DNA of 63,356 bases, filler included, from Asterionella formosa (Eukaryota), in assembly GCA_002256025.1 (NCBI GenBank). It is 28 parts of 28 records of this genome, joined end to end, with 100 filler letters (N's around TTAATTAATTAA, not from the genome) between each part and the next. Parts side by side here need not be neighbours in the genome. Positions count along the whole stretch, not along the records: positions 11,437 to 28,217 come from NKIB01004734.1; positions 28,318 to 29,360 come from NKIB01004735.1; positions 29,461 to 30,503 come from NKIB01004736.1; positions 30,604 to 31,646 come from NKIB01004737.1; positions 31,747 to 48,518 come from NKIB01004738.1; 23 more parts are not named here. The stretch is one strand, 5' to 3'. Positions 24,106-35,709 of the stretch are shown here, in pieces. Under the pieces are notes generated by a model. That model was not told the origin of the DNA and searched no databases. It saw nothing but the letters and a program-made list of their open reading frames with translations. Made by a program: the position numbers and the translations under genes. Each line of letters opens with the position of its first letter. Positions within the stretch are counted from its first letter, which is position 1.

Positions 24106-27100
24106 ATGGACGGCCAAGAATGCGACGAGAACGTGATTTTGAGTGCTCCAAATCTCTACCTGCGACCGACATATTTTCGACAGACGCGGAAGCGCGGAAA
24201 GGTCTATAAAACTGTTGAAGAGCGCTACATTCGAGACGATTTGGGATTTGGCTGCTATTTTGTTGATAATGACGACAAATCCAAACGGAGAGTCAAAGAT
24301 GCCATAGTTGGAAAGCCCCTAGAAATTCTCACAACGTCACAACTCATTTCTGTTCTGCAGCCATCAGCGCCGGTCGTGATTTGCGACACAAATGTGCTAC
24401 TTCACAACCTCGACGTGCTGGAACAGTCAGCGGTAGCTATTCAAAATTTAGTCATCCCTCAAACTTGCTTGATGGAGTGTCGCGCGAACCAGCTGACTGC
24501 TTACGATAGAGCTGTAGAGCTCCTTCGAGCAGTTGATAACGAACGACTCGTTCTCTTCTTCGCTGATCAACATCACTCAGCGACTGCACACGTTGATACA
24601 AAAGGTTCAGTAAACGATGTCAACGATGCTCGTATTCGAAAGGTGGCGGAGCACTATGGAAGGGCACTCAAATTAGCCAACGTGAGCGTGATCCTCTTGA
24701 CGGACGATTCGGGATCCAGAGCCATGGCCAAGAGTGAAAGTGACGATTACGAAGCAAAATCTGTCCGAGAATACATTCGAGAACTGGACATTCAGCACCC
24801 TGACCTGGCGCTGTCGGATTTGGTGGCTCAACTTAGCAACCAGGCGTCAAATCAATTCGAAAACAAAAGGGAAGAATCGTTTTTCCCTCCCCACGTTGAT
24901 GCCTTCACATTGTCGAGAGATGTCCAATCTGGGAAATATCACAGAGGTGTCATTCGTGCGACAAGTAAGAATTCATCTCTGGTAACGATTAAGAATGGTG
25001 AAGAGCGTGTTGCAGTGACAATCCAAGGTTGGACTGACAGAAATCGTGCTGTTGATGGGGACATTGTGGCATTGGCACTACATCCTCTTGACCAGTGGAT
25101 TGCTTCAACCGTCGTTAGCATTGAACCAAAAGCGAAAGAATCCACTGGAATTGCCAGCGAGACAGCTGAACCTTCACAAGGAGAGATGAGCAACGTTTCT
25201 GAGACGATTTCTGTCGACGACACGAACACGGCCTGGAGACCAACTGGAAAGGTAGTTGGAATAATTCGCCGAAACTTTGCTAGCTACTGCGGTTCAATTT
25301 ACTCAAAATCCGCTGGTACTAGTGCGGAACGTGATGAGATTGCAAAAAATAACGAAGCTGAGTATTCTGATGGAACAACAACGTGCGTTTTCTTCCCAGT
25401 AGATACGAAGGTTCCTCCTATTCTTATTCGGACTACACAACGCGACCGGCTCGTCGGACAAAGAATTCTAGTATCCATGGATTCTTGGCCAGTAAATTCA
25501 CCATATCCTCTTGGACATTACATACGATCTCTGGGCGAAGCTGGTTCGAAAGACGTGGAAACAGCTGTCTTACTTCACCAATACAAAATCCCGCATGATC
25601 CGTTCCCTGCTAAAGTTTTGGCTTGCTTGCCTCCAGAGGACTACAAAATCAACACAGAAAATAGCCCAGGAAGAGTTGATCTTCGTCATCTTCCTGTTTT
25701 GTCGATCGACCCTCCAGGATGTAAGGACATTGATGACGCCCTTCACTGTGTTGAACTGCCAAATGGCAACTGGCAAGTCGGCGTTCACATCGCCGACGTT
25801 ACTCACTACGTAACCGCAGGAAGTGCTATGGACTTGGAAGCTGCCAATCGTTCTACTTCTACTTACCTTGTTAACAAGCGTTTGGATATGTTACCTAGCC
25901 TTTTGACGACTGATCTCTGTAGCTTGAAAGGTAACTTGGATCGATATGCATTTTCAGTCCTTTGGGAAGTCACTCCAGATGCTGAGGTGGTGACTGTGGA
26001 GTTCAAGAAGTCGATCATTCACTCTATTGCGGCTCTGACCTATCAGCAAGCGCAGAGTTTCATCGATCAACCTAAAATCAAAACTGAGCGAACAGCGGAA
26101 GACATCCAAGCAGGTGCAGTCCAACGTCTTGCATATCTTGCAAGAAAACTGAGAAAGCGGCGAATTGATGCGGGCGCCCTAACTCTTGCCAGTCCCGAAG
26201 TCAAGTTTGTGCTTGATAGCGAGTCACTGAATCCGACTGATGTGCAAGCATATGCTTTGTTCGAGGCAAACGCAGTTGTCGAAGAATTCATGTTATTCGC
26301 CAATGTCACAGTTTCGAAGAAGATTCTTCGCCACTATCCCACTCTCTCCATCTTGCGTCGTCATCCTGCTCCAAATCGTGCCATGTTTGAGGGTTTGATT
26401 ACGAAGGCAAGGTGCCGCGGCTTCGAAATCGATATTGAAGATTCTAAGCGTCTTGCGGACTCGCTTGATAGCGCTGAGATGAAGTCGGATCCATACTTCA
26501 ACAAACTATTACGGATTTTGTCAACACGATGTATGTCACCTGCCCAATACTTTTGCTCTGGTGAATTCAAGCCAACTGAGTGGCACCACTATGGCCTTGC
26601 CGCCCCTGTGTATACCCATTTCACCTCGCCCATTCGCCGATACGCCGATGTATGCGTTCACAGACTCCTTGCTGCTGCCATTGGAGTTGCCCCGCTTCCT
26701 GTTCACCTGTCATCAAAATCCTACCTTCACGACCTCTGCGCAAACATGAATCGCCGTCACCGCTCCGCTCAACTAGCAGGACGTGCGAGTGTGCAGCTCC
26801 ACACGCTCATCTTCTTCTCTGGAGACGGTGCGAAGGAAGAAGATGCATACGTACTCGACGTGGAGACAGCAAATGCAAGCGAACCATCTTTCACCGTCAT
26901 GGTACCCCGCTACGGTATCGAAGGACGGGTCACGATTGCTCAAGTCTCGGCAACGGATCCCAACTTATTCCGCGACTCTGCAAACCACCAAATTTTCTAC
27001 AAAGTCGGGACCTCAAGCAGCAAGATTCAAATCTTCGACAAAGTCCGCATTAAAATCTGGGTACGAGAGTTGGAAGATCACCAACGTGAGCTTGTTTTGG

Positions 27101-27213
27101 ATTTGGTTAAACCACAGTTTGGATCAGCAACCGAAAGAGATGAGGGTAAGCGAATGGGGGAGGATGAAATTGAACAGCCTACCAAGAAAAAGAAGTTACG
27201 AAATGGCAAATGA
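24106..27213 (+). CDS. DIS3: Exosome catalytic subunit DIS3/RRP44
   Basis: 1035 aa, intronless. ERYIRDDLGFG, PIN domain (ICDTNVLL, NDVNDARIR, LLTDD), CSD (NRAVDGDIV), RNB (SIDPPGCKDIDDALH, GVHIADV, HYGLAAPVYTHFTSPIRRYAD), S1 domain and C-terminal NLS. Confidence 0.98.
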   Translation: MDGQECDENVILSAPNLYLRPTYFRQTRKRGKVYKTVEERYIRDDLGFGCYFVDNDDKSKRRVKDAIVGKPLEILTTSQLISVLQPSAPVVICDTNVLLHNLDVLEQSAVAIQNLVIPQTCLMECRANQLTAYDRAVELLRAVDNERLVLFFADQHHSATAHVDTKGSVNDVNDARIRKVAEHYGRALKLANVSVILLTDDSGSRAMAKSESDDYEAKSVREYIRELDIQHPDLALSDLVAQLSNQASNQFENKREESFFPPHVDAFTLSRDVQSGKYHRGVIRATSKNSSLVTIKNGEERVAVTIQGWTDRNRAVDGDIVALALHPLDQWIASTVVSIEPKAKESTGIASETAEPSQGEMSNVSETISVDDTNTAWRPTGKVVGIIRRNFASYCGSIYSKSAGTSAERDEIAKNNEAEYSDGTTTCVFFPVDTKVPPILIRTTQRDRLVGQRILVSMDSWPVNSPYPLGHYIRSLGEAGSKDVETAVLLHQYKIPHDPFPAKVLACLPPEDYKINTENSPGRVDLRHLPVLSIDPPGCKDIDDALHCVELPNGNWQVGVHIADVTHYVTAGSAMDLEAANRSTSTYLVNKRLDMLPSLLTTDLCSLKGNLDRYAFSVLWEVTPDAEVVTVEFKKSIIHSIAALTYQQAQSFIDQPKIKTERTAEDIQAGAVQRLAYLARKLRKRRIDAGALTLASPEVKFVLDSESLNPTDVQAYALFEANAVVEEFMLFANVTVSKKILRHYPTLSILRRHPAPNRAMFEGLITKARCRGFEIDIEDSKRLADSLDSAEMKSDPYFNKLLRILSTRCMSPAQYFCSGEFKPTEWHHYGLAAPVYTHFTSPIRRYADVCVHRLLAAAIGVAPLPVHLSSKSYLHDLCANMNRRHRSAQLAGRASVQLHTLIFFSGDGAKEEDAYVLDVETANASEPSFTVMVPRYGIEGRVTIAQVSATDPNLFRDSANHQIFYKVGTSSSKIQIFDKVRIKIWVRELEDHQRELVLDLVKPQFGSATERDEGKRMGEDEIEQPTKKKKLRNGK

Positions 27214-29237
27214 GCTTTTCAAAAAGTTGCCACCTTCTCCTTGCCCCCTCTCCCTGAGGGCTACGTAGACACTATACTCTTGTTAATCTCCAATAGTTTA
27301 ACATCCCGGGCGCTTTAATGCGGCAGTTTGTTTCAATGTATACGAGGGTAATAGAAGTGATGAACTAGACTTGCATGCAGAATCATGATGTGTGAGGCTG
27401 TTGGGCATCTGATTCTCTTGGTACTTGGTAATGGGTAACCCAAGTCCCAATGTCCTCCAACTTCACATCCGATTTTATGCGATCAGGTGAACTGAGTTAG
27501 GTCTGGTCAACCTAGAGACATGATAGCTCATCACCAATCATTCCCAGAGGTCCTTACTTGCTTCCTTATTAATTATTACCCCATGGTAATTTGGTCGGGG
27601 CTTTTTCTTCTAGCTTCCCATTTACGTTAAAAACATTTTCTACCTTTACAAACAAGCATTGCAGAAACTTCGTGACGCCCATATACCGGTATGCTAAAAA
27701 CATTTTCTACCTTTACAAAACATTGCAGAAAGATGGTGACGACATGGGGTATATTTACGTACCAGGTACCTGGTACCACATAATTACCGGTAGTGTAATC
27801 TGCAGTACGTACCGTACAGGTTGCATGAATAACCATCTAAGTTTTGATGTATGGATGTATGTGATCGATGATGATTCTACTATGTACGACCTGATTCCTG
27901 CAAGTCGTTGCGGTAACTAAATCTTTAGGCGGTGCCTTTTACCGGTAGCTATATATTTATCCTACCGGTGTATTAAAAATGACCGCAACTTGCTAGGTAC
28001 TCCGGAGTCCGGAGTACCTGGTACCTGGTACCGCCAACAGGTACCTGGAACGACATTTTGATGGATGGCTGACAAGGGTCATGCTCTGTGAAGATATCGA
28101 TGCTTAGCAAGGTCATACGAAACTATTTGTAAGGCCAACCTGTACTGTACAAGCATCATATTACGAATTATAAGTTACTACCGGTATTATACCGGAATTT
28201 CATATCTATATCATATANNNNNNNNNNNNNNNNNNNNNNNNNNNNNNNNNNNNNNNNNNNNTTAATTAATTAANNNNNNNNNNNNNNNNNNNNNNNNNNN
28301 NNNNNNNNNNNNNNNNNTAGCATATATATTTGTTTAACCTTGAGGTATTAATGTGATCAAAGTAAAGATAAAATGGGAGCAAACTAACAGAATTAATGGT
28401 AGTCAGAGTGAAGAATATTTGTGAACGGAAATGTTGCGAATTGTCGAGAAAAGTACCGTATTATAGAGATTATTACTGAACAAATTTTTCTTCGTGTCGC
28501 AAGAAAATATTGTCAGTTGGCCCCAAAAATTATGTGGGTTTCTAAAATAATTATGGAAGTTGTCGAAACTATTTTAGTTCACTCAGTCCATATATATATT
28601 GTATCATGCATCATATTTTTTTGTGATGTCATACCCTTAAATTATGTACGTAGCTAAATTCGTCATATTGGGCCACCCAAATAATTAATTTGGGTGATCA
28701 TATTTGACTAGCGTTTTTTTTGTGGCGGCTGTACCAGTAATCGGCGTTGTAGATGTAGTCATACAAAACGACCATAATCATCAACTTTAAAAACTTCATA
28801 TCTCTTGAATTATGAAGCTTCATTAATAATTAAACAGACCTATTGAAAGCGGAGAGCCTGTTCTACATTTAGCTACGTACTTGATTTGTTGTCACCATGA
28901 AATTTGACTAAAATAGTTTGAGTCGAAACATGGGGTAAACTTTATATGACTCTCAGTTTTTAGGTGGTACCTGGAACCAGGTACCGTTTCTTTTGTTTGC
29001 ACCCATGTATGGCTGGGTGCACCAGCAGAGTACTGGTACATCGGTAAAAGGTTTTCCCTCAAGTCTAGGAGAGTGAGCGATCCTGTACATCGATACAGAT
29101 GTATATAGGGTTAGGGTTATATCAATATATCAGAACTCAACTAACACCTATTGTATACTTTGATGTCAACTTGGGAAACAAGTTGTACATGAGATTAATT
29201 AGCTCACCATGAATTCAACAAATACTCATACTTCTGC

Positions 29238-29325
29238 ATCATGTTGTTCCAACCTTGACCATGACAAAAATACAAATTATCTCCGCGAAAATTGAGAACA
29301 ACGTTTTGCTGCTTGCTATGTACAT
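29238..29325. repeat. Short dispersed repeat shared with about 33088-33178
   Basis: CAACCTTGACCAT..GAC.AAAATACAAATTATCTCCGCGAAAATTGAGAACAAC...TTGCTGCTTGCTA occurs at both places. Confidence 0.85.
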
Positions 29326-29651
29326 TAATTTTTATGGAACATGTTCACATGTCTATGGAGNNNNNNNNNNNNNNNNNNNNNNNNNNNNNNNNNNNNNNNN
29401 NNNNTTAATTAATTAANNNNNNNNNNNNNNNNNNNNNNNNNNNNNNNNNNNNNNNNNNNNACTTGTCATAAACATGACACTTCTGTCCGACTCGGTCGAT
29501 GGAGCAAAAGAAACGACACCAGCGTCCGGTTATTTGCAAATGGCTGTACTTGATTAAAAACAAATAACCATTTTGTTAGTAACTATTAATGAGTAAATAA
29601 AAATTCTTACTTCCATCTTTCCCCATAGGAATCAAGCAAAAACGAAAGTAG

Positions 29652-29835
29652 TCCTGACAAGGAATACTGTGTCGTCGATCCGGAAAGTGGGGAACTCATT
29701 CGTCTCACAGTAGCCGAAAAGGAGCGTATCTTTCTGGACGCGCTTCAGTCCTACGATGCCGCTGGAAGGCAAATGCTCAAGGATGACGAGTTTGACCTAT
29801 TGAAGGAAGATTTGCAATGGAAGAACGGATCTGAG
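29652..29835 (+). pseudogene. PGRL1: PGRL1 gene fragment, truncated at both ends
   Basis: PDKEYCVVDPESGELIRL...LKEDLQWKNGSE. Same 3' breakpoint as the copy at 3433-3594, and shares the following non-coding DNA to about 29999. Has a 3-nt AAG insertion. Upstream sequence is unrelated to PGRL1. Confidence 0.85.
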
Positions 29836-30195
29836 CATATACCGGTATATAGCTAAAACAAGGAAAGACGACACAACAATGAACGTGATGGCTGGTTGTT
29901 GAGGATACCCGTATGTGATATGCATCAATCCATCATGTCACAAAACATATTATAGTGATGCACATATCAACGCATCCGTATACTTAGATCCTATCCACTC
30001 ATCTAAGCCGCGTATTACGTGAAGTGACCATCACATAAATAAGCCTAGTTGATTTTGAATGCATCACATGAATTAGTTGAATACATCAAAATACGTAGTT
30101 GAATATATCTATATATTATCTGAATACATCACGTTAAATATTTGATCAAATTATCATGCATGCATTCCTGATCATCACTATATTATGTGATCACG

Positions 30196-30339
30196 TTCAC
30201 ATAATTATTTGAAATACTTCACATAATTATTTGAAATACTTCACATAATTATTTGAAATACTTCACATAATTATTTGAAATACTTCACATAATTATTTGA
30301 AAATACTTCACATAATTATTTGAAATACTTCACGTAATT
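30196..30339. repeat. 22-bp minisatellite, six copies plus a partial one
   Basis: Unit TTCACATAATTATTTGAAATAC, head to tail with no spacers; near-palindromic. Confidence 0.95.
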
Positions 30340-30605
30340 CTGTAATTTCGTTCACATAATTCTAGAATAAAGTTCACTTAATATGTAACATTTGTTTACG
30401 TAATTTTCTGGAGTTCATTCAACTAAATTTAAGAGTTTCATTAATGAAATAAAGCCTGCTCATTCGGAACGGCATGCGAATGCTCCTGCACTGAAAGGGT
30501 TTGNNNNNNNNNNNNNNNNNNNNNNNNNNNNNNNNNNNNNNNNNNNNTTAATTAATTAANNNNNNNNNNNNNNNNNNNNNNNNNNNNNNNNNNNNNNNNN
30601 NNNGT

Positions 30606-31646
30606 CGAGCACCAAAGGTCAACGGAGCCACCAACTGCTGTCGCTGGCAGATTTCGGGGATCTGCATCGACAACTGCGAACGGAAAGATGCACACGTTCA
30701 GTTAACAGGGGAAAACAAGAAAGCCTTTGCGAAATTTTTCAACGAGGCAATTCGCGACTTATCCCCAGCAATCCGCAACTCGAATCCGCAACACTGACTA
30801 GGGCAGGCCCGAGTAACTGTAAATGATTCTATTTCGAAGCAATTAACAGCCTACTGCGGTTCCTCGTCATCACTCGTAGCTCGCACAGCACTCTCCATTC
30901 CAGCACTAACCATTGTCGATGCAACAAAGATTCGTATTGTTGCCAATATGTCTCAATCATTACTTCCCACATCAAGCTCAAAATTTTTTGCGCGCATAGA
31001 AAACCAAATTGCTTCCACGCCTCGCATCACGCAACCAAATCTACCGCCCTTACCTTCATTAACCTTCACAAAACCCCCGCCATATCCACCACCACTACAT
31101 AACCCAATCCCACAGCACGAACAAATTCAACATTTAATGGGTAAGTCACCATCGTACATCGACACGCACTATTGCATCCACGGACATCGAGACGTCGAAA
31201 ATATTAGCACGGACACCCCTATTGCTCTGACAGAGAACTTAGCCGGTGACACCCCTCGGTATGAGGAACTCCGTGAACCACCACCCGCATCAAATCCAGC
31301 AGACCAGGCCAGTCATGGGGAAACACATACAGACATCACACGCATACTATGCATTCAGCGCATCATGGAAACACGCTCACCTACCATGCATGCACCGGCT
31401 TTCCGTTTTGCATGGAGTCATGAGGCAGCCGTTCACAACTGGGAAATCCTAGCACAATTTGACCTCGACATCCAACGGGCAATTACCAGTCAAGCACGGT
31501 CCCCACTCAGTATCGGATCGGAATTCAGAGACCTACACCTACTACAACCCCTCCTGTCCTACCACCCGCTCTGGTCACGCTTCGCTATGCTACTTACGAA
31601 GGGTGTCGAATTCCCGTTGTTGCCACTCACGGAAGAGCAACGACTT
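30606..31646 (+). mobile_element. DIRS/Ngaro-like retrotransposon gag-pol junction
   Basis: Gag end with a Cys/His finger (CCRWQISGICIDNCERKDAH), then TGA at 30795-30797. The same frame continues into a Pro-rich linker and AFRF..EAAVHNWEIL..GSEFR..LL..HPLW...L..GVEFPL, which I recognise as the segment preceding RT in stramenopile YR retrotransposons. RT itself lies beyond the contig. Confidence 0.65.
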
Positions 31647-31746
31647 NNNNNNNNNNNNNNNNNNNNNNNNNNNNNNNNNNNNNNNNNNNNTTAATTAATT
31701 AANNNNNNNNNNNNNNNNNNNNNNNNNNNNNNNNNNNNNNNNNNNN

Positions 31747-32698
31747 GCACCTCACACAAGCAAAGAGAGACTTACTCACCAAGAAGGCTTTGTACCATCT
31801 TCCATTTGCAATTGAGAAGACAGATGTAGTTGGAATTGTTGCACATGCTTGGGAAAAAAGTTTTGCGAGATTACGCACAAACAAAAAAGCGGTAGCAGAG
31901 CGAGGCTGGGGACCTTTGAACTATAATTGTTTGTTGAATCCTGAAATACAGCTGACAAAATTTGGTGTTGTCCCATTGAATAGAATCTCACACAGCAACA
32001 GAACCTCTATTACACCTGACCAGCTCAACCTGCGAGAAGGACTTTCAGGAACTCTTACAAATCAAATCGTTGAATACATAAACAGAGAAGATGTGCGAAA
32101 TGGTAATGATGCAGCAGAACATGCCAGGAAAAGAAAACAAACAGCACAAGCAGCAATCGACACACACAAACGAATGACCGCAGGACTGCACTTTGCTGTT
32201 GGAAACACTTGTCTAGGCCCACCGCTTTTTGAGCATATGCTGGAAATCAAACGCCGGCATGAAATCCAGGAACAAAACAAGGAGCAGAAATTGAATCAAC
32301 GGTTTTTTGAATTGTCACAGAAGGTACAGGCCATCAGAGAGACTGGAAAGGAAGCTGGAAGCTACAACGTAGCTGAACTGAAAACAATGGTGACATGGTA
32401 CAAGCGCAATGGCGATGCGCCGCTTCCAATAACCAGACAGAACTTGTTGGCAAGATACTTGGAGACTTGTTGCCGTGGAGAAAAGCATTCTCCATATCCA
32501 ATTCGGCCTCTTGATGTTGTGCTTGTGGGAGGGCAGGAGCTTAGTAGGGATGAGGGCGATATTGCAGTGGTGTTGATAGGCACAAGCATTTAATGTGGCT
32601 CAATGCATTTGTGTGTGATCGTGATATAAATATTGGATGCGAAAATTCTTAAAAATAATTTTGCGAAAACCAAACAGGGTAATCCGTGATCATAATGG
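31747..32698 (+). mobile_element. 3' end of a pogo/DDE_1-like DNA transposon
   Basis: Frame open from the contig start to the stop at 32593; DVVGIVAHAWEKSF...NKKAVAERGWGPLN matches the DDE_1 C-terminal AW...F...G..PLN motif. Candidate TIR CAGGGTAATCCGTGATCATAATGG|TA at 32675-32700. Confidence 0.7.
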
Positions 32699-33759
32699 TA
32701 TATAAAATTATATACAATTATAGATAAAATTTTAAGTACTGCTGTGACCCATTACCAGCAAATTTTGTCCACATAAAATGGTTCGTATCTCAGTACCTCG
32801 ACCTTCAATGAGAATACCGACTGATCCGCAACCTGCTGACTCCTTTGGTTAACAAGACCTGGAAGTTTGATTCTCGCAAGGCATGGAATAGGTTTAGTCG
32901 AACTAATCAAACGAATAGGAGAACTCAGTGGGTCACAGCAGTTCTTTACTGGTACTGTACGCACTGTAATTCTGTTTTTTCTCGTAAACACTGATATTTG
33001 AATATTTAGCTACGATTTTGCAATTACTTTGTAGATATAAAACACTAGAGTGCGAAGGTAGTGGTTGTGAGCAGCTGGAGAATCGTGGATCATGTTGTCA
33101 CAACCTTGACCATATGACGAAAATACAAATTATCTCCGCGAAAATTGAGAACAACTCTTTGCTGCTTGCTACATACAGCACATTAAGGACGACATAGAAA
33201 AATACAATGCTGAAAGAATTAAAGTAATAAAACTAATAATGACAAGAACGAAAATTGAGATTGCCAGTAGCAACATGAAGTCCTGTTTTTCTTGCAAGGT
33301 CAGCGAAGAACTCTCATTTTTCACCAGAAGGAAATAGTTGTCGTATTAATACATACTAGAAAATGCGCTCCATCCTGTAGAACCGAAAAAATTTAGGTAA
33401 AATTCACGGGGGTTTCATTGTCCACATCTCCTTTTCCTTTGTGCAAAAACATCAATTAAGGATCAACCCCTCTGATTAGAACAAAACTGATTCAAATACC
33501 CTCACTCTCTTAACCTAGTACTAGCTCGTAAGCTTTTAGTCGACTCAGTCTCATTTAGACATGGTTGGAACCACAAATCCTGGCTGACAACAGTCATCTT
33601 GGATTCAAAGATCACCTAGTGATTCACTTCATTCCCCCGTTTATCCTTCAACCTCGCTTGCTAGTAGGTGACGAGGCCCGGACTGACTTGTTGACGTCCC
33701 TACCGGAACATGCTCAAGCACCTCCTTGCCACCACCAATTCCTCCCCTACATCCCCCTA

Positions 33760-34330
33760 TAAGGGAGCCGAGAACTTCAACAAGAGCAATGGCAGGCTTT
33801 GTCAGTATAACAATCTTGCATTGTAAGCCAAGAGGGTCTCCCTCCCCTCCCCATGCACTCTCTTCCTTTTTCCACCCCTGTTGTTGGCCTGGACCGCATG
33901 TTCTGCCACTCCCATGTTTCGGGCATGAGTGGTAACTCCTCCTTGCACCAAACGGCTAGCCCAAAATCCTCCTGCACCCCCTCCACGCTCGCCTCGATTA
34001 AATCCGGGACGGGTGGACTGAACATGCTCCGAGTAGGTGTAGAAGAACCCTTTGTCATATCTTCCCAATTTTATAACTTTCCCCTCTCTAGTACCCTGCA
34101 GCAATTAACCGAGTCAGCCACTTTCCCGGTTTCAGTCCCGATGCAGTTTGATATACCATTATGCTGGGCATGAGATGGTAACATTCTCCAGGAACTTGCT
34201 TCACCAATTGGCCCCAGAGTGCCATAATCACATGAGGAGTTTCATGCCCTATAGTAGCATCCATGTACTTATTGCATCCAGCTAAGTCAGCCAAAAGCAT
34301 CTCCTCCCCTCTCAGTCCAACCAACAAATA
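33760..34330 (-). pseudogene. Degenerate tyrosine recombinase of a YR transposon (DIRS/Crypton-like)
   Basis: Across shifted frames: GLRGEEMLLADL (box I), PHVIMALWG, TASGLKPGKW, VQEDFG, GVTTHARNMGVAEHAVQANNR and MQDCY (box II and catalytic Tyr). Confidence 0.7.
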
Positions 34331-34344
34331 GATTAATCATATAT

Positions 34345-35705
34345 GCCAACTTTGTTAACAAGGATGGGATTCAATAAAATGACAAAACTCCTTTTATTCT
34401 TTGGCCCCCCAAACATTGGGGCCTACAGCTTTATGTACACATATACTGACCAGAAAGGGGGAATTGCACAATTGTAAATGCGCTTGGGTCATGTGCATAA
34501 TAATGATGAGATTGCACAGCTTATTAATATCTTCCTTGAACATTGTTTACAATTACAGATGGGCATATCGGGCGGGAAAGCCAATTCAGTTTCCCATTGC
34601 TCCTTCCTTGAAATACATCGAAATCAAAATTGGCTAACATCAGTGTGGGTGTTTATTGATCATCTTAAAGCCAAGATACATATTGAGGATGCATGGGAAG
34701 TAAAACCACAGCGGATACATGCATGATAGATTCTGTCTGATGGACATCTTGCCTCCCAAAGTAACCAGATGAATTTACAGCCCAAAGAACTGAAAAGATT
34801 GAACTCCTGTCGGTTATTTTTGCAGGTTATTACTGTTTCGGACATAATTGATGGGTCTGGTACAAAGATCATACTAGATCATATTCAGGGTCGAAGATGC
34901 CCTGATTGCACCAGTACCTTAAGATGGCCTCAGAAGGCACGTCCATATATGCTGCTGGCTTGGCTGCTGTGGACGCACATGATCAACTAGGTGTCTCTGG
35001 TGTGTCAATCAGGCAACTTATCACTTACAAATTATCCTTGGCCCGTGGATTCCCCAGGTTCGAAAACATCAGGAATGGAGTTATCATATGGATATCAGCA
35101 ACAGGCGCTTAATTAAACAAACAAAGGAACAAGGTATCTTTCTGGTACATTCCGCCCCGATGCCAATCTGACATGTTAGCTATATTCTTGTACATACCGC
35201 GTTTCTTTTACACGGCCTAGGTTCTTAAGTCCAGTATCAATACACAAGAGGTCGGATGAATACTATGAGATAACAGGGATGCCTACAACAGGGGGGTCTG
35301 GTCAATACCTTGGACATGATACAGGCATGCGGAATCATCCCCTCGGAGAAGCAAGCACAAGAAATTGTCAACACAGCACGCCATGAGAGATTATATTCTT
35401 CCATTGGACGTGACTAGCTTTAGAGAAAGCTTGGTTTCCGAGTTAGTGGTTCTCGCGTGGTCTGCTGGAGGTCAAGAGATGTCGTCCCTCCGAGCAGAAA
35501 TTGGCGGATTTTTGGGTGGTATTTCTGCCATATCACACATCCTAAACTTGGAACCTCCCATTTGTTTGGAGAAAAGAATTCCGCTGGTGCCAGTGTACCT
35601 AGACAACTCTGCTTTGATATCTCGGATTGAACAGTGAAAATACAATGGCCCAACTGGCGGTGGCGCACTCCGCAAAGACTATGATCTTCTCCACCAATTA
35701 TCCAT
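34345..35705 (+). mobile_element. Degenerate Ambal-like non-LTR retrotransposon, post-RT region and RNase H
   Basis: Fragments MGFNK...FGPQTLG, LQLQMG, NWLTSVW, ELKRLNSCRLFLQVITVSDI, STLRWPQ, then SSLRAEIGG, VYLDNSALI and DYDLL; many stops and frameshifts. Confidence 0.7.
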
Positions 35706-35709
35706 GCAA

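Noticed and set aside
30196..30339. Palindromic 22-bp repeats as a CRISPR array
   Set aside because: No spacers and no cas genes; a minisatellite.
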